This document shows, piece after piece, positions 43,107 to 56,628 of a DNA stretch of 64,000 nucleotides. This DNA comes from Octopus vulgaris. Its lineage: Eukaryota. Both the position numbers and the translations under genes were made by a program. Position 1 is the stretch's first letter, and each line of letters begins with the position of its first letter. The stretch lies in NCBI GenBank assembly GCA_951406725.2, contig OX597830.1, positions 71,982,001 through 72,046,000 on the forward strand, given 5' to 3'. Under the pieces are notes generated by a model. The model was given only the letters and a program-made list of their open reading frames with translations, did not search any database and was not told the origin of the DNA.

Positions 43107-43423
43107 TAACTTATATATATATATGCATATCTATATCACACTCACATATAAATACAGTGACAGAGACAGAAGTAGAGAGAGAAAGAGGAAAACAATATAT
43201 ATACATATATATGTGTATATGCATGTATTATATTATATGCGTGTGTATATGTGTGTATATGAATATACATACATGAAACTGGTTTTAAGAATGGAAATAA
43301 AGAGTTCATTTCATGAAGGAGGTTCTACGAACTGTTTATAAATTTTAGGGTCGGCACAATTGCCGAGAGTTCCATTCTAAGTACTTACCTGTACCTTGAT
43401 ATGAATCTTGCAATAAATTTTTT

Positions 43424-43455
<32 letters not shown>

Positions 43456-43601
43456 GTTATCGCCATACTAATATGGCAGTCTTATAAATATATATATATA
43501 TACATATATATACATATATATATACATACATATATATATACATATATATATATACATATATATACATATATATATATATATACATATATACATATATATA
43601 C

Positions 43602-43677
<76 letters not shown>

Positions 43678-44384
43678 TTGATGTTTCCTCAGCGGAAAAG
43701 TAAGCTTTAAACTCTATGTTTGACAATCGGTGTTAATTTGTTAATATCCCTCGCTCGCAGCGGCTCGGCAATATGTACTAATCTCAACTTTTTCGACTAT
43801 ACACTCTTGGGCGTTGCCCAATCACCGCCGCTCTCCATTGTTCGAAACAGGTAAAAAATAAATGGATAAATGAATTGCCTCGCTATTGAATACATATATA
43901 TCACTACAAGGAATAATGGAAGAAACATACCTATGAAGATTTCTGACAAGTGCAAACATAAAAGGCTGGGTATATTTGTTGGGACAGAAAGGATGTATGA
44001 TGTACGGTCAAAGAAATTACTTGATTTACAAATGTGAATATTTCTTCCAAAACTGTGAGAAAATAATGGTTTACGACCAACTGTTTCGAAAACAATAACT
44101 ACTCCTTCTTGTTTATAAGTTCACATGTATAAATAATTTATTGATGTCTTCGAGTACGTCAGGAAATGTTGAAGTGAGATTCCCGAAAAGATACGGTGGA
44201 TTTGCTGGCTAATAAAGTAACTAGTTGAGAAAAAAATTTCAAATGCAGTCTGTAAGAGAAACAATAAAATATGGGAGTTTTTTCTAAATATCTGCGTTTC
44301 ACAACAATAATTTTTGTGTGCGTGTGCATGTATGTATGTATGTATGTATGTATGTATGTATGTATGAATATGTCTGTGTGTGTG

Positions 44385-45085
44385 TCTTCTTTTATTGTTT
44401 TACTTGTTTCAGTCAATTGACTGCGGCCATGCTGGACCACCGCCTTTAGTTGAACAAATCGACCCCAGGACTTATTCTTTGTTACCCTAATACTTATTCT
44501 ATCAGTCCCTGTTGCCGAACCGTAAGCTACGGGGACGTAAACGTACCAAGATTGGTTGTCAAATGAGGGTGGGGGACAGACACACAGACACATACGCACA
44601 TATATATAACGGGCTTCTTTAAGTTTCCGTCTACGAAATTAACTCAGAATGCTTAGGTCGGCCCGAGGCTATAGTAGAAGACAATTGAACCCGGAACCAT
44701 ATGGTTGGAAAGCAAGCCTCTTCTCATACATTCTCTTATTGCTCTACCTGTTTCAGCCTTAAGGGCGTGGCCTTGCTAGTGCACCGCCAGTGTAATCATC
44801 CCTTTAATGGCCAATTCTCTGTGACTGGATTTTGGTGAAGACGGTAGTTCGACCCTGCTATCCTTATTTGAATCTCCTGCCTTGGTGTTGGTTTATCAAA
44901 AACCTTGGTTAGTAGGAGTTACATATACATTTCCCTTAGACATTGCTCACGACTGTGTGGTAAGAAGCATGCTTCCCAATCACATGGTTCTGAGTTCAGC
45001 CCCATGCGTGGCAACTTGGGCAAATGTCTTCTACTATAGCCTCGGGTCGATCAAAGCTTTGTGAGTGGATTTGGTAGAGGGAAAC
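44385..45085. mobile_element. SINE family B cluster: - copy 44385-44730 and + head 44945-45085
   Basis: Family motifs in both orientations. Confidence 0.8.
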
Positions 45086-46134
45086 AAGTAATTTTTTTTT
45101 CAAACTTGCTATAGAGCTCAATATATCATGCTTCAGAACAAAGCTTTGATCGAGTACAGATCGATAATAAGAAAGTGAGGTGACAATTTTTCCAAAATAT
45201 ATTGCACTTTATATCTGAGGCTCTGCCGAAGCTATAAGGATTCATTCAGGTACACAACTATGAATCGTCTGTATCTTATAAAAGAAACTGTTGTAAGTCA
45301 ATGAACTACATATGATTATTATTTACTCCTTTGTCATCTCATTTTCTTTAATACACACGTGTGTGTATGTGTGTGTGTGCGTATTAGATATTGTCCTTGT
45401 TTCCTAGCTAACTCACAGTCCAATGGCTAACAATGGCTACCAAGTGAAAGAATATATATGTGTATCTATTCATGTGTGCCTGTTGGAGCCCATATCAAGT
45501 ATTTGTCCTTGCCAGACTTTTTAGTCGATTTGACACTGTTGTTTATGTAGTAAGTTTGCTTTCAATGTTGTAGTCGAAATTATGGACTACTAAACTGATA
45601 TAAAATGTACTCTGGTTAACTCATTCGACAGCATACAGTGTAGAAGCCAGATCAATGTGGCCATATACAAATGTTGGTATTTCTGGATGTATTTAAGTAA
45701 AATGTGGAACGCAAAGCAGCGAGGCGAAACTTCGACTGGTGTACATACGATTTATAAAGTCATTCTGCTTGAAGTTGGTTGACGCCGAGCAAGCCATGGA
45801 TATAACGTCTGCACATTTCCGCACAACGAGATAACACTTTAGTTAAGTGAAAATATAAATCAATGTATTGCTCTTTGATAACATCTATAATCACATCTTA
45901 TACACTTCAAAATACAGTGACACATTGAATAAAGGATTCCTGGATATGCTACACAGACATGGAAATCTACGCATATACGTATGCATATACACACGCAGAC
46001 ACATAATGCTGATACACGGGGTACAAGGTTCATGGTTTCTGAAAGTCACCGTGTAAAGCGAGAATCGTGTTAAACAAGGGAGACATACAAAATTTAAACG
46101 TGAATGGAAATGCATGTTATAAATGCGACTATCA

Positions 46135-46445
46135 TGGGAGTGAATTTGGTAGACGAAATTATACGGAAGCCCGACGTCTGTGGATGTGAGTGTGTGTGTA
46201 TGTATCTGTCTGTGTGTCTGTTCGCGTGTGTGTATGTGTGTATGTATTTATGTATATGTATGTATATGTCAATGGGCATGACTTTCTGTTTGTGATTGTG
46301 CTAAGTCTATGGGTTGACAATCGGTGTTCGCTTACTTACGTCCTCTGTAGTAGGCGAAAAAGTCCGATAGAAGAACTGGAGTATCTTCAACCAGTATCTT
46401 CAAGACGATGGTCAGTATGGTTGTAGTCCAATGACTGAAGCAATT
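46135..46445 (+). mobile_element. SINE family B, old degenerate copy
   Basis: GAGTGAATTTGGTAGACG…GAAGCCCGACG…TTGACAATCGGTG…CCGATAGAA…ATGACTGAA. Confidence 0.65.
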
Positions 46446-46476
46446 AACACATGCATAGGTAAAAATTCTTATGTAA

Positions 46477-46578
<102 letters not shown>

Positions 46579-46580
46579 AT

Positions 46581-46650
46581 CCTGGACCATGGTTTCGAGC
46601 TGTAAATTAGCAAATAAAATAATTCGTTAGGTGGAGCTTTCTTCAGTTGG
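46581..46650 (-). ncRNA. Hammerhead ribozyme candidate: intact core, long stem II, weak stem I
   Basis: CUGAAGA-AAGCU…(extended hairpin)…AGCUC-GAAA-CCAUGG-UC; abuts (TA)n. Confidence 0.55.
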
Positions 46651-47527
46651 TACGCCAAGATTAACATATAAATACGAGGCAATACAGTATTTGCCTCGTG
46701 CTTATGTAATATAATTTTTGAAATCCACCGATCAAGCGCAGCTTTTGTCGGCAGCCAATAAAAGTAATACCGGCATATCCTCGAAAATTTTCCAAAAATT
46801 ATCAATAATTAATAAATATCAGGGTAAGAAAATATTTCAGAATTTTTTTTTTTACTACCAGTGGCCTAGCATGAAGGAAACTAATCAATGGACTATATAT
46901 TATTCATATAAATACAGTGTACATTTAAGCACATAATAGCACGCTAGAAAAAGTAGCCAAATCCAAACCACCATTAGGTTTTTATTTTGCATTCCCTTCG
47001 AAATTTATCCCTATCAATGAGATAATGAAGATCAAAATCACGTTATCTGGTGGTATCGGCACTCGCTTTATGAAAGTCAATATGAAATTTCGCTCTTGGA
47101 AAATACCGCAGTAACTTTTTGTTGTAATAGAACATACACTTTTAGTGGTAATAAATATTACCTCTCGCTATCATATATATACTTTCTTAACCTGACTACT
47201 AATAGTGACACCAGTGCCTGTTCTGGCACTGATTTCCTATATATCCCTAGCACAGAGATGAGTCGCTTCAATCACCAGCGGTCGAGTGCCCACCGCCGAT
47301 GGGACCAAGGAATGTCAAAATCAAGTGATCGAGTGGTCTCGGCGCTGGATTTCGTGTAGTGTTATCACCCTGCTGTCGATGCAAACAAACAGGGGGTGTA
47401 TTCTGCACCAAAAGCCTATATGGGAGTTTCTCTCATGCTAAATACCCCAGGAAATTTTGTTTTATCAGGACATCCACGTTTAAGTGGGAATAAATATTAT
47501 CTCCCGGTATTAATACTGCCTCTGTCA

Positions 47528-47594
<67 letters not shown>

Positions 47595-47886
47595 TCATAC
47601 ACATTGGTACACACACACACAAACATACACACGCACACATCCAGCAGTTTTGTGTTTATTACTTGCTGTTCACACACTGTAGAAGTATCGGTTTTCATCT
47701 GCGAACCCGGAAATTTCGGAAGCAATCTTCTTCACTAAACAGGTACATGTATGTATGTATGTATGTTTGTGCGTGTGTATATATATATATTTACACATAT
47801 GTGTCTGTGTGTATATATATATAGAGATATATATACATACATACAAATATATATAAATATATATATATATCAAAATAAATAAATAA

Positions 47887-47929
<43 letters not shown>

Positions 47930-47953
47930 GTATATAGTATATATATGTATATA

Positions 47954-47989
<36 letters not shown>

Positions 47990-48654
47990 TATATACATAG
48001 CGCTAAGCAGGGAAAATGAAAATAATAATAATAATATAGATTAATAAGTAAGCTTAATTAGAATCGGAAGAATATCATATCACTATTAACCATCTAGTAG
48101 GTTTTAATGATTCTTATAGGATAACTTGACATTAGTCTATTATTTAATTATCATCAAGTATTGTTTTTTATCGTATCTCTGTTGTATATCTTATTCAAGA
48201 AAATCTCTAATTTCGTATACTTTACTAGTATAATTGAATCATCTAGATTACTATTTTCCTTTCCTCCGTTTATTACTTGGTAAATGACTTATTCTTTATT
48301 CTTTGGCAAAAAGATATTTAAGTATATCTTCTCGTCCTGTATTAATCTAATACAGGACAAAAGAAAAAAATAACAGGAAAAAATAAAGACACATGAAGCG
48401 TCTAATAAAGAAAGACAACACCTCGTACGAATATATAATTGAGGAATTATCATACAAAGTTGGATGTATCATATTGCTTAATTGACACCAACGTTGCTGT
48501 TGTTGTTGTTGTTGAGGGAAATGTTGGTGATGCTGCTGTTGTGGTAAACGTTATCATCATAGTTTTTTGTTGATATTTTTCATTATTTTAGTTCGGACCT
48601 TATTGGTCATATTGAACGGCGCAAGTTTTCTTGTCTTTCAATTTTCCTTTTTAG

Positions 48655-48715
48655 ACTTCATCATCGTCATCATATCATCATCACTAGCACCGTCGTCATC
48701 GTCATTCTCCTCCTC

Positions 48716-48749
<34 letters not shown>

Positions 48750-48839
48750 GCAGCATCATCATCATTATCCTCATCATCATCATCATTATCCTCCTCCTCC
48801 TACCCCTACTTCTCCTCCTCATCACCATCATCATCGTCG

Positions 48840-48912
<73 letters not shown>

Positions 48913-48952
48913 CCTCATCATCATTATTATCCTCCTCCTCCCCTCCTCCTCC

Positions 48953-49015
<63 letters not shown>

Positions 49016-49630
49016 CCGTCATCATCATCATCTGCATCAGGACCACATCCTCCTTCCCCATCATCATCACCACCACCACACCATCACAGTCATCAACCAC
49101 CATGACTATGATCACGAAAGTTGACAATCAAATTTTGCCTCAGCCTTGCCATTGTCTTCATTGTTCGCAATTTCCATAATCAAATAGAATCATCGCCGTT
49201 AATATCATAATTCATCATCATAATCATCATCATAGTCATAATCAACATCATCATCATCATCGTCATCATCGTCGTCATCGTCATCATCATGGCCCAGTCA
49301 TCATCATCATCATCTCCCTCCTACTATGCAACATCCTACTCCTGTTCCAACATTCATTATCACTATTGTCCTCCTACTCCTCCTCCATCTCCATCTCCTC
49401 CTCCTCCACCTCTTCCTCCGCATCATCACCATCGTGATCATCATCGTGGTCATCATCATCGTGATCATCATCATCATCATCCTCTTCCTGATCATCATCA
49501 TCGTCATCATCGTCATCATCGTCGTCGTCATCATCATCCTCATCCCCATCATCATCATCATCCCCATCATCATCATCACCACCATCATCGTCTTTCTTTC
49601 TGTTCATCGTCTTCCTGCTCATCATCTTCA
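48655..49630. repeat. ~1-kb mosaic trinucleotide array (CAT/CCT/CGT/CAC)n
   Basis: Directly visible; produces poly-S/H/M/D artefact ORFs in all frames. Confidence 0.95.
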
Positions 49631-49896
49631 ACAGGATGATCGCTGCCAATCTATCTCTGGGAATACAAAAGTATTCCCAGTTTACAATGATGGTGTTTAC
49701 TACAATGTCTGGAGATGTCGTATTTCAGTTTATTAAACCAGTATAAATTTCACGTATTACTATTCTGTAGCGAAAGACATCTTTGAAAACGATATAACAA
49801 AGGATAGGAAACCAAATGGGGAGTTTGCGATATCTATATATTCATGTGTGTGTGTTGTTTGTGTGTGTCTGTATGAATGTATGTGTGTGAGTGTAA

Positions 49897-50002
<106 letters not shown>

Positions 50003-50117
50003 TTATTTTTATATAGATAAGAGATTCATAGATAGCTGGCTAGATGGATGGCTGGATTGTTAGCTAGATAGATTGGTAGACAGACAGGCAAGCAGACAGA
50101 CAGAGAGAGAGATAGAG

Positions 50118-50189
<72 letters not shown>

Positions 50190-50484
50190 GGATAGATAGA
50201 GAGACTGATAAGTATACATACATATAAACTTACGTACAAATACATAGTGTAAATTCATACATATATGTGCGTGTGTATGTATGTATGCATATATATATAT
50301 ATATAAATATATATACACACACGCATATGTGTTAGTGTGTGTTTGTGCGTGTGTTTGCATGTGTGTATGTATATATATACTTTCATCGACGAACATTATA
50401 TACATATTTATAATAAATATACACAAAAATTCCCACCAAAATACCCTCAAAATCGTACTAACTACACAAACTCATGTACACACA

Positions 50485-50548
<64 letters not shown>

Positions 50549-51034
50549 GTCATCAACATCTGTATGTTATTCTTTGTATATGTGCAACCACACTCGTCGG
50601 TATGTGTTTGTATTTCTATGTATTGTATTATTGTATTTCAAATTATTAACTCTCGGTGGACATAGTCAATATTACAAACATAAATATAGAGACTAATGAA
50701 ATAATGAAATATCTAGGATACTTCACATACATACAAAATATCATATATCACAATAAATCAATTGTTACTATTTAAGGATATTAGTATTCATGTTTATCCG
50801 TCCAATATAATAATAATTTTTATTGTATATAAGCTTATAAAAAAGGACGTTAAAGAGTGCGAAAGGGAAAAAGAGAGAAGGAGAGAGAGAGAGAGAGAGA
50901 GAGAGTGAGTGAGAGCAGTGAGTGAGAGCGAGAGAAGCAAACAGACAGACAGGGACAGATAGAGACAGAATGAATTAACGGAGAGATACGCTTTAAATGC
51001 ATGTATATATCTATATATATATATATATACATAC

Positions 51035-51106
<72 letters not shown>

Positions 51107-51121
51107 GCATATATATATATA

Positions 51122-51350
51122 TGAATTTATAGATAACGGGAAGGTTTACGAAAATAAACAAAAGACGAAGGGAGGTGGAGTACAAACAAATGTATTAGTA
51201 TGGCGCTCAGGAATAGAAATAGAATAAGTCTTTTACGTTTCGAGCCTACGCTCTTCGACAGAAAGATACACAGAAAAGAAACAAGGAGAGAAACAAAGAG
51301 AGAAAAAAATGCGTGTAGGAGCTAACGGTCTATCATGGCGATTTACATAC
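51122..51350 (-). mobile_element. Short (TA)n insert carrying a minimal HHR (pLTR-like)
   Basis: Unique sequence between (TA)n arrays; HHR at 51229-51266. Confidence 0.55.
51229..51266 (-). ncRNA. Minimal hammerhead ribozyme candidate, CUGUCGA core
   Basis: UCUUU-CUGUCGA-A-GAGC GUAG GCUC-GAAA-CG-UA-AAAGA: 5-bp stem I, 4-bp stem II, minimal palindromic stem III. Confidence 0.6.
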
Positions 51351-51380
51351 ATGCATTTATATATACATTTATATATATAC

Positions 51381-51451
<71 letters not shown>

Positions 51452-52033
51452 ATTGGAATATATATATATATACCGATAGTTTTGTGACTGCAGGAACATA
51501 CGTTTCATCAGATGTTCTGGGGCTTGATGCATCTTACATCGAACAATGTAGAGTTGCGTCAAAGTTATATTCCGTGTGTACCTTTGTTCACGCGTGCGTA
51601 TGTTGATGCAAGTATCTGTATTTATGTCAGCGTGTATATGTATGTGTATGGTATGTGAAAGTGAATGTGTGTCTTTGTGCTTGAGTGAATTCAATTTAAA
51701 TATAAAAACTTGTAATGTGCTTTACAAAGTTCGCCTACAGGTATCAGCTAACATATGTTATTTGATTGTGAGATCGATAATATCACTGGAGACAGATGTG
51801 GAAATTCGTGAATATCAGCGGAACATACACAAAATACCATGAGAGTATGTACAAAAATAGTTTGCTGCGAACACTTTTTTTGTTCTTGTACCTGATGGTT
51901 CGAAACTCACCAGTATTGGTGGTTTAATAACAAGGACACGATGTAATGTTTTGTATTTTATATTTTACATAAAATGATCTGCAGACGTAGTCACGATGAA
52001 ACAATTGTAGTGTATGCAATTAAGCGTGTTGCT

Positions 52034-52108
52034 GAGTCCTGGGGTCGATTTCCTCAACTAAAAGCGGTGCTCCAGCATGTCCGTAGTCAAATGACTGGAA
52101 CAAAAAGT
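52034..52108 (+). mobile_element. SINE family B, 3' fragment
   Basis: GTCCTGGGGTCGATTT…GCGGTGCTCCAGCATG…GTCAAATGACTG. Confidence 0.8.
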
Positions 52109-52120
52109 ATATATATATAT

Positions 52121-52338
52121 ATCACCGTGATCACCGTGACCGACCAGGCCATCAGATGTTGTTACACATCGCTAGTCACAATGCGCTTCGCATTGTTTTA
52201 GCCTTCAAATGACGCCACCCCGCTGGCTTTTGGTGTTTTCGCTCAATAAACACTCACAACGCCCGGTCTGGGAATCGAAACCGCGATCCTACGACCGCGA
52301 GTCCGCTGCCCTAACCACTAGGCCATTGCGCCTCCACA
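52121..52338 (-). mobile_element. SINE family C (tRNA-derived)
   Basis: Minus strand GGAGGCGCAATGGCCTAGTGGTTAGGGC (A box)…GGTTTCGATTCCC (B box); tail GTCACGGTGATCACGGTGAT; a 5'-end remnant also lies at ~5641-5657. Confidence 0.75.
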
Positions 52339-52366
52339 ATGTATGCGATTAAGCGTGTTGCTTAAT

Positions 52367-52415
<49 letters not shown>

Positions 52416-52419
<4 letters not shown>

Positions 52420-52535
52420 CATGGCCATATCACATTGAAGGCACCGGTTCTCGTCCGATCACCGAGGATAAGCATCGTCGAGCCTATTGAGTACTTAGAT
52501 TGGTGACTGCTAGGGAAACCTAGGTGCTGTAAGAG
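52416..52535 (+). pseudogene. 5S rRNA: 5S rRNA pseudogene, near full length
   Basis: GGCCATATCACATTGAAGGCACCGGTTCTCGTCCGATCACCGAGGATAAGC…GTACTTAGATTGGTGACTGC…GGTGCTGTAAG is colinear with invertebrate 5S; boxes A and C are mutated and there is no oligo-T terminator. Confidence 0.9.
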
Positions 52536-53139
52536 TCACACACTTTATTATTATTATAGTTGTTGTTGTTGTTGTTGCTGTCATTGTTATTGTTGTTATG
52601 TTGCTGTCATTATCACCTTCTTGACTAAGGATTGACTTTATTCCTCCTGAAATTCATGTAGATAGTAGGTTATTACCTGTAATCTTATTAACCCCATGAT
52701 TTCAATAAACCATCGAATTCTCAAAGCACTCCTGTCAATTTTCTCTGTTCCGAAGAAGGAAACTTTCCTTAGATGTTATACTGAATAATCCATTCCAATC
52801 TTTATCCATTAGTCTATTTCATCACTCACAGTCTTAAGGCGCCTACCTACTATAACAGAAGCAATTGTTTACAGAATCCATGTTCCAAATCCTTGCAATC
52901 TCAGATTATATGGTGTTGCATATTTTCCACTGTTCATTTGTTTCTTTACAATCCCAGTATCAGACGGACATAATGGGTCAATCAATATGCAGATCAGATT
53001 CGATTTGATTTTTCCTTGTCTGTTACCGTAAAATCTAGTTTGTCATATTCAAACTTCTTACTCTGTTTGGCTTATTGTTAGTTTATACATTTATATTTCG
53101 ATACAACAGTATCCTCCGACTAATTAAAACCTTTAAATA

Positions 53140-53304
53140 GGTGCAGGAGTGGCTGTGTGGTAAGTAGGTTGCTAACCAACCACATGGTTATGGGTTCAGT
53201 CCCACTGCGTGGCATCTTGGGCAAGTGTCTTCTGCTATAGCCCCGGGCCGACCAATGCCTTGTGAGTGGATTTGGTAGACAGAAACTGAAAGAAGCCTGT
53301 CGTA

Positions 53305-53365
<61 letters not shown>

Positions 53366-53563
53366 TTGTCCCTCTAGCATTACTTGACAACCGATGCTGG
53401 TGTGTTTACGTCCCCGTCACCTAGCGGTTCGGCAAAAGAGACCGATAGAATAAGTACAGGGCTTACGAAGAATAAGTCCCGGGGTCGATTTGCTCGATTA
53501 AAGGCGGTGCTCCAGCACGGCCGCAGTCAAATGACTGAAACAAGTAAAAGAGTAAAAAAGAGT
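53140..53563 (+). mobile_element. SINE family B, full length, young
   Basis: Complete head, internal (TA)(TG), tail; nearly identical to the reverse complement of 59466-59872. Confidence 0.92.
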
Positions 53564-54145
53564 AAATTATATTGGTTACTAGTAAAGACACTAACCGAAC
53601 GAGACGTCGAAATGAATGTCGGATTAAATAGCAAATGAGCGCTGGTGGAGTAGTGCAACAAAATTAAACATATGTTCAGTCCGTGAATGTATCTACAGGG
53701 TTTCATTAAATGTGTCCTTCAATGATGTCTGCCATTAGAACGCTGCAATTATTGGCAGTGAACTTTCAAGAGACAACCATAGAAAAATACACTGTTTTTG
53801 GTGTTTTAAACGTCTGATCAACGAATCATGAAACTTTTTCTTTGTGTAAATAACATTTACATCAACGTTCGATTTCGGAATATTTTTTTTTTTTTTGTAA
53901 TTATTTGTATATCTGTTCGTTTATATATTTTACTAAAAATATATGGTATTACGATTTTTGTTTACTTTTTTATTGCCTAATTCTCCGAAAACGATGTCAA
54001 ATGACACGAATATGTGTATAATGTTAAACAGGAAATGTCTGTGTGTTTATTGGGTTGAATATGTGTATGTATGCTTGTACATATGTATGTATTTCAGTAT
54101 GTCTTACTCTTTTTCTCTATGTCTCTCTCCCTATGTGTGTGTGTG

Positions 54146-54195
<50 letters not shown>

Positions 54196-54315
54196 TGCAT
54201 GCATACATACACATATATATATATACACGTATATACATATACATTTGTATGCATGAATGCGTATTCCCATATGCGTACACACATACAAAACTTACATACG
54301 TATATACACATCAGT

Positions 54316-54346
<31 letters not shown>

Positions 54347-55226
54347 AACATATATGTTTTTGCATATATATATACTTACATACATATATGTGTGGGTGTT
54401 TGCGTGTGTGTGTATGTTTAAGAATGTATGTATACGTACTCATACCTACGTAGTCACATTCTAATTCACATTTCCTCAGACACACACATGACACTCATAT
54501 AAATAATTAAAAATACATTACATCGGATTTAGTCAACTAACTTGAAATGCAGTGTGGTTTCAGCTTTTAAACATTTGTCAGAATTTCCACTTCAAAGACA
54601 CAAAACCCAACAAGAACCAGCAACACAACAAACAAGTAAAAAAAATATGTTATGTTTATTTCTAGGTAGAATAAAGTTTCCTTGATTCGGCAATTTAATT
54701 TGGTTTACAAATTTGCGTGTTATTGATGTATGCACACCTGACATACTAGCAGCTCTTGTACTTTTAGAAGTTTTTAATTACTTCTACGTTGATTAGTCTA
54801 ACTAATGCATCATTCATCTGTTTTTTTTTTTTTATAGATCGGATGAAGTTTATATAATAATTGACGCCCTCGCCTTAGGGATCGTGTGGAGGAGAATTAA
54901 ATGGGCAGCTATTTCAAACTCCAGTTCCATCATGGAGGGAAATATATCTTGCTTCAATTATGTTTTGATACTTAAAAAAAATTGTTTCGTTGTTTTCGTT
55001 TTCTATGTCATTGTTGTTGTTTAGTGCGTCATGGAGCAGAGCTTAATGATCGAAGGCATTCCAGGCGTCATATATTTCCAGGAGGATCTGGGGCTACTTA
55101 ATTTCAGGGGAGTTTTCCAACTTTTCAGACGCTTGGTGGAATATTGACGCTTTGGTTACTTTAGTAATTTGAATAACCGTCGATAAAAACCTGTCTTATT
55201 GACACGACATAGGAAATCTAGTATAT

Positions 55227-55299
<73 letters not shown>

Positions 55300-55474
55300 G
55301 TTTAAATATTTGTTGTGCAAGATTTTTTATGTGAAGTCGTGTGTTGAAACAGATATTGTTATATTTCGGAATGGTCATATTGCCAGTTTAGCCAATAAAA
55401 ACACACGCACTATATATTTGGTGTTATTTTGCTTCAGTGATATTTATTTTTTACATTAATCTTAATCTTATTTC

Positions 55475-55519
55475 GGCCAAAGTTCTTTCGTCACACTCCT
55501 GTGACCGCATCAGTGGTCC
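55475..55519 (-). ncRNA. Hammerhead-like motif in the PLE pLTR (core CUGAUGC); mirror copy at 56470-56514 (+)
   Basis: GGACCA-CUGAUGC-G-GUCAC AGGAGU GUGAC-GAAA-GAAC-UU-UGGCC. Confidence 0.55.
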
Positions 55520-56035
55520 TTTGTTTTCTTCTCACTTACTTGTGTCTCTCCTTACTAACCGTCAGCCATTTTGTATTTCTATTGTATGTCTTCATTTGCG
55601 CATGCTTATATCTCTATGTGCGTCTATGTTTATTTAGTGTGTGTGTGGGGGGGATGCCTGTAATATTTGTATCTTCTGGTTATATACATTTTTGTAATTT
55701 GTATTTTGTTTTTTGTTTTTGTTGTTGTTGCTTTTGTTCTAATTTTGTTCATGTGTTTACATCCACCCATTATTATCATTACATATGCTTGTATGTATGT
55801 ATAACAACAATATTAGTAATAATAATAATAAATCTAATCGAAAAAAAAAAAAGAATATACATATACATATATATATATACATACATATACATATACATAT
55901 ATATATATATACATATATACACACATATATACACATATACATATACATATATATACACATATACATATATATAGATATTAATTTCTATTTCTTTAATTAC
56001 CTGTGTATTTATTATGTTTGCAGGATCCACTATTG

Positions 56036-56275
56036 TCATATGTTGTGGTGTGCGCTATTGCTCCATTCTAGTTTTCTATTCAGGCTAGGTTTATTTTCTA
56101 TTATATGTGTAGCTTCTGTAATTTGTCTAATTGTTGCATCTGTTCTATGTGTGGACAATATCTTAATCTCTATGTTATTGATTGATCCCCCGTGTTCTTG
56201 TTCGGCGTGTTGGTACAGAATCGATGAGCTTTTACCTTCCTTGAGTTGTCTCCAATGTTCATTCATCCGCTCACC
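56036..56275 (-). pseudogene. GIY-YIG (Uri) endonuclease C-terminal fragment of the PLE ORF
   Basis: GERMNEHWRQLKEGKSSSILYQHAEQEHGGSINNIEIKILSTHRTDATIRQITEATHIIENKPSLNRKLEW: R..EH, S…QH…H, R…EA..I and P.LNR motifs. Confidence 0.85.
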
Positions 56276-56628
56276 AAAAACAAAATACAAATTACAAAAA
56301 TGTATATAACCAGAAGATACAAATATTACAGGCATCCCCCCCACACACACACTAAATAAACATAGACGCACATAGAGATATAAGCATGCGCAAATGAAGA
56401 CATACAATAGAAATACAAAATGGCTGACGGTTAGTAAGGAGAGACACAAGTAAGTGAGAAGAAAACAAAGGACCACTGATGCGGTCACAGGAGTGTGACG
56501 AAAGAACTTTGGCCGAAATAAGATTAAGATTAATGTAAAAAATAAATATCACTGAAGCAAAATAACACCAAATATATAGTGCGTGTGTTTTTATTGGCTA
56601 AACTGGCAATATGACCATTCCGAAATAT

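Noticed and set aside
48567-49736. Ser/His/Pro/Asp-rich ORFs
   Set aside because: A trinucleotide mosaic is open in several frames on both strands; this is an artefact.
52260-52338. tRNA gene
   Set aside because: It has A and B boxes but no proper cloverleaf and continues into a SINE body, so it is called a SINE head.
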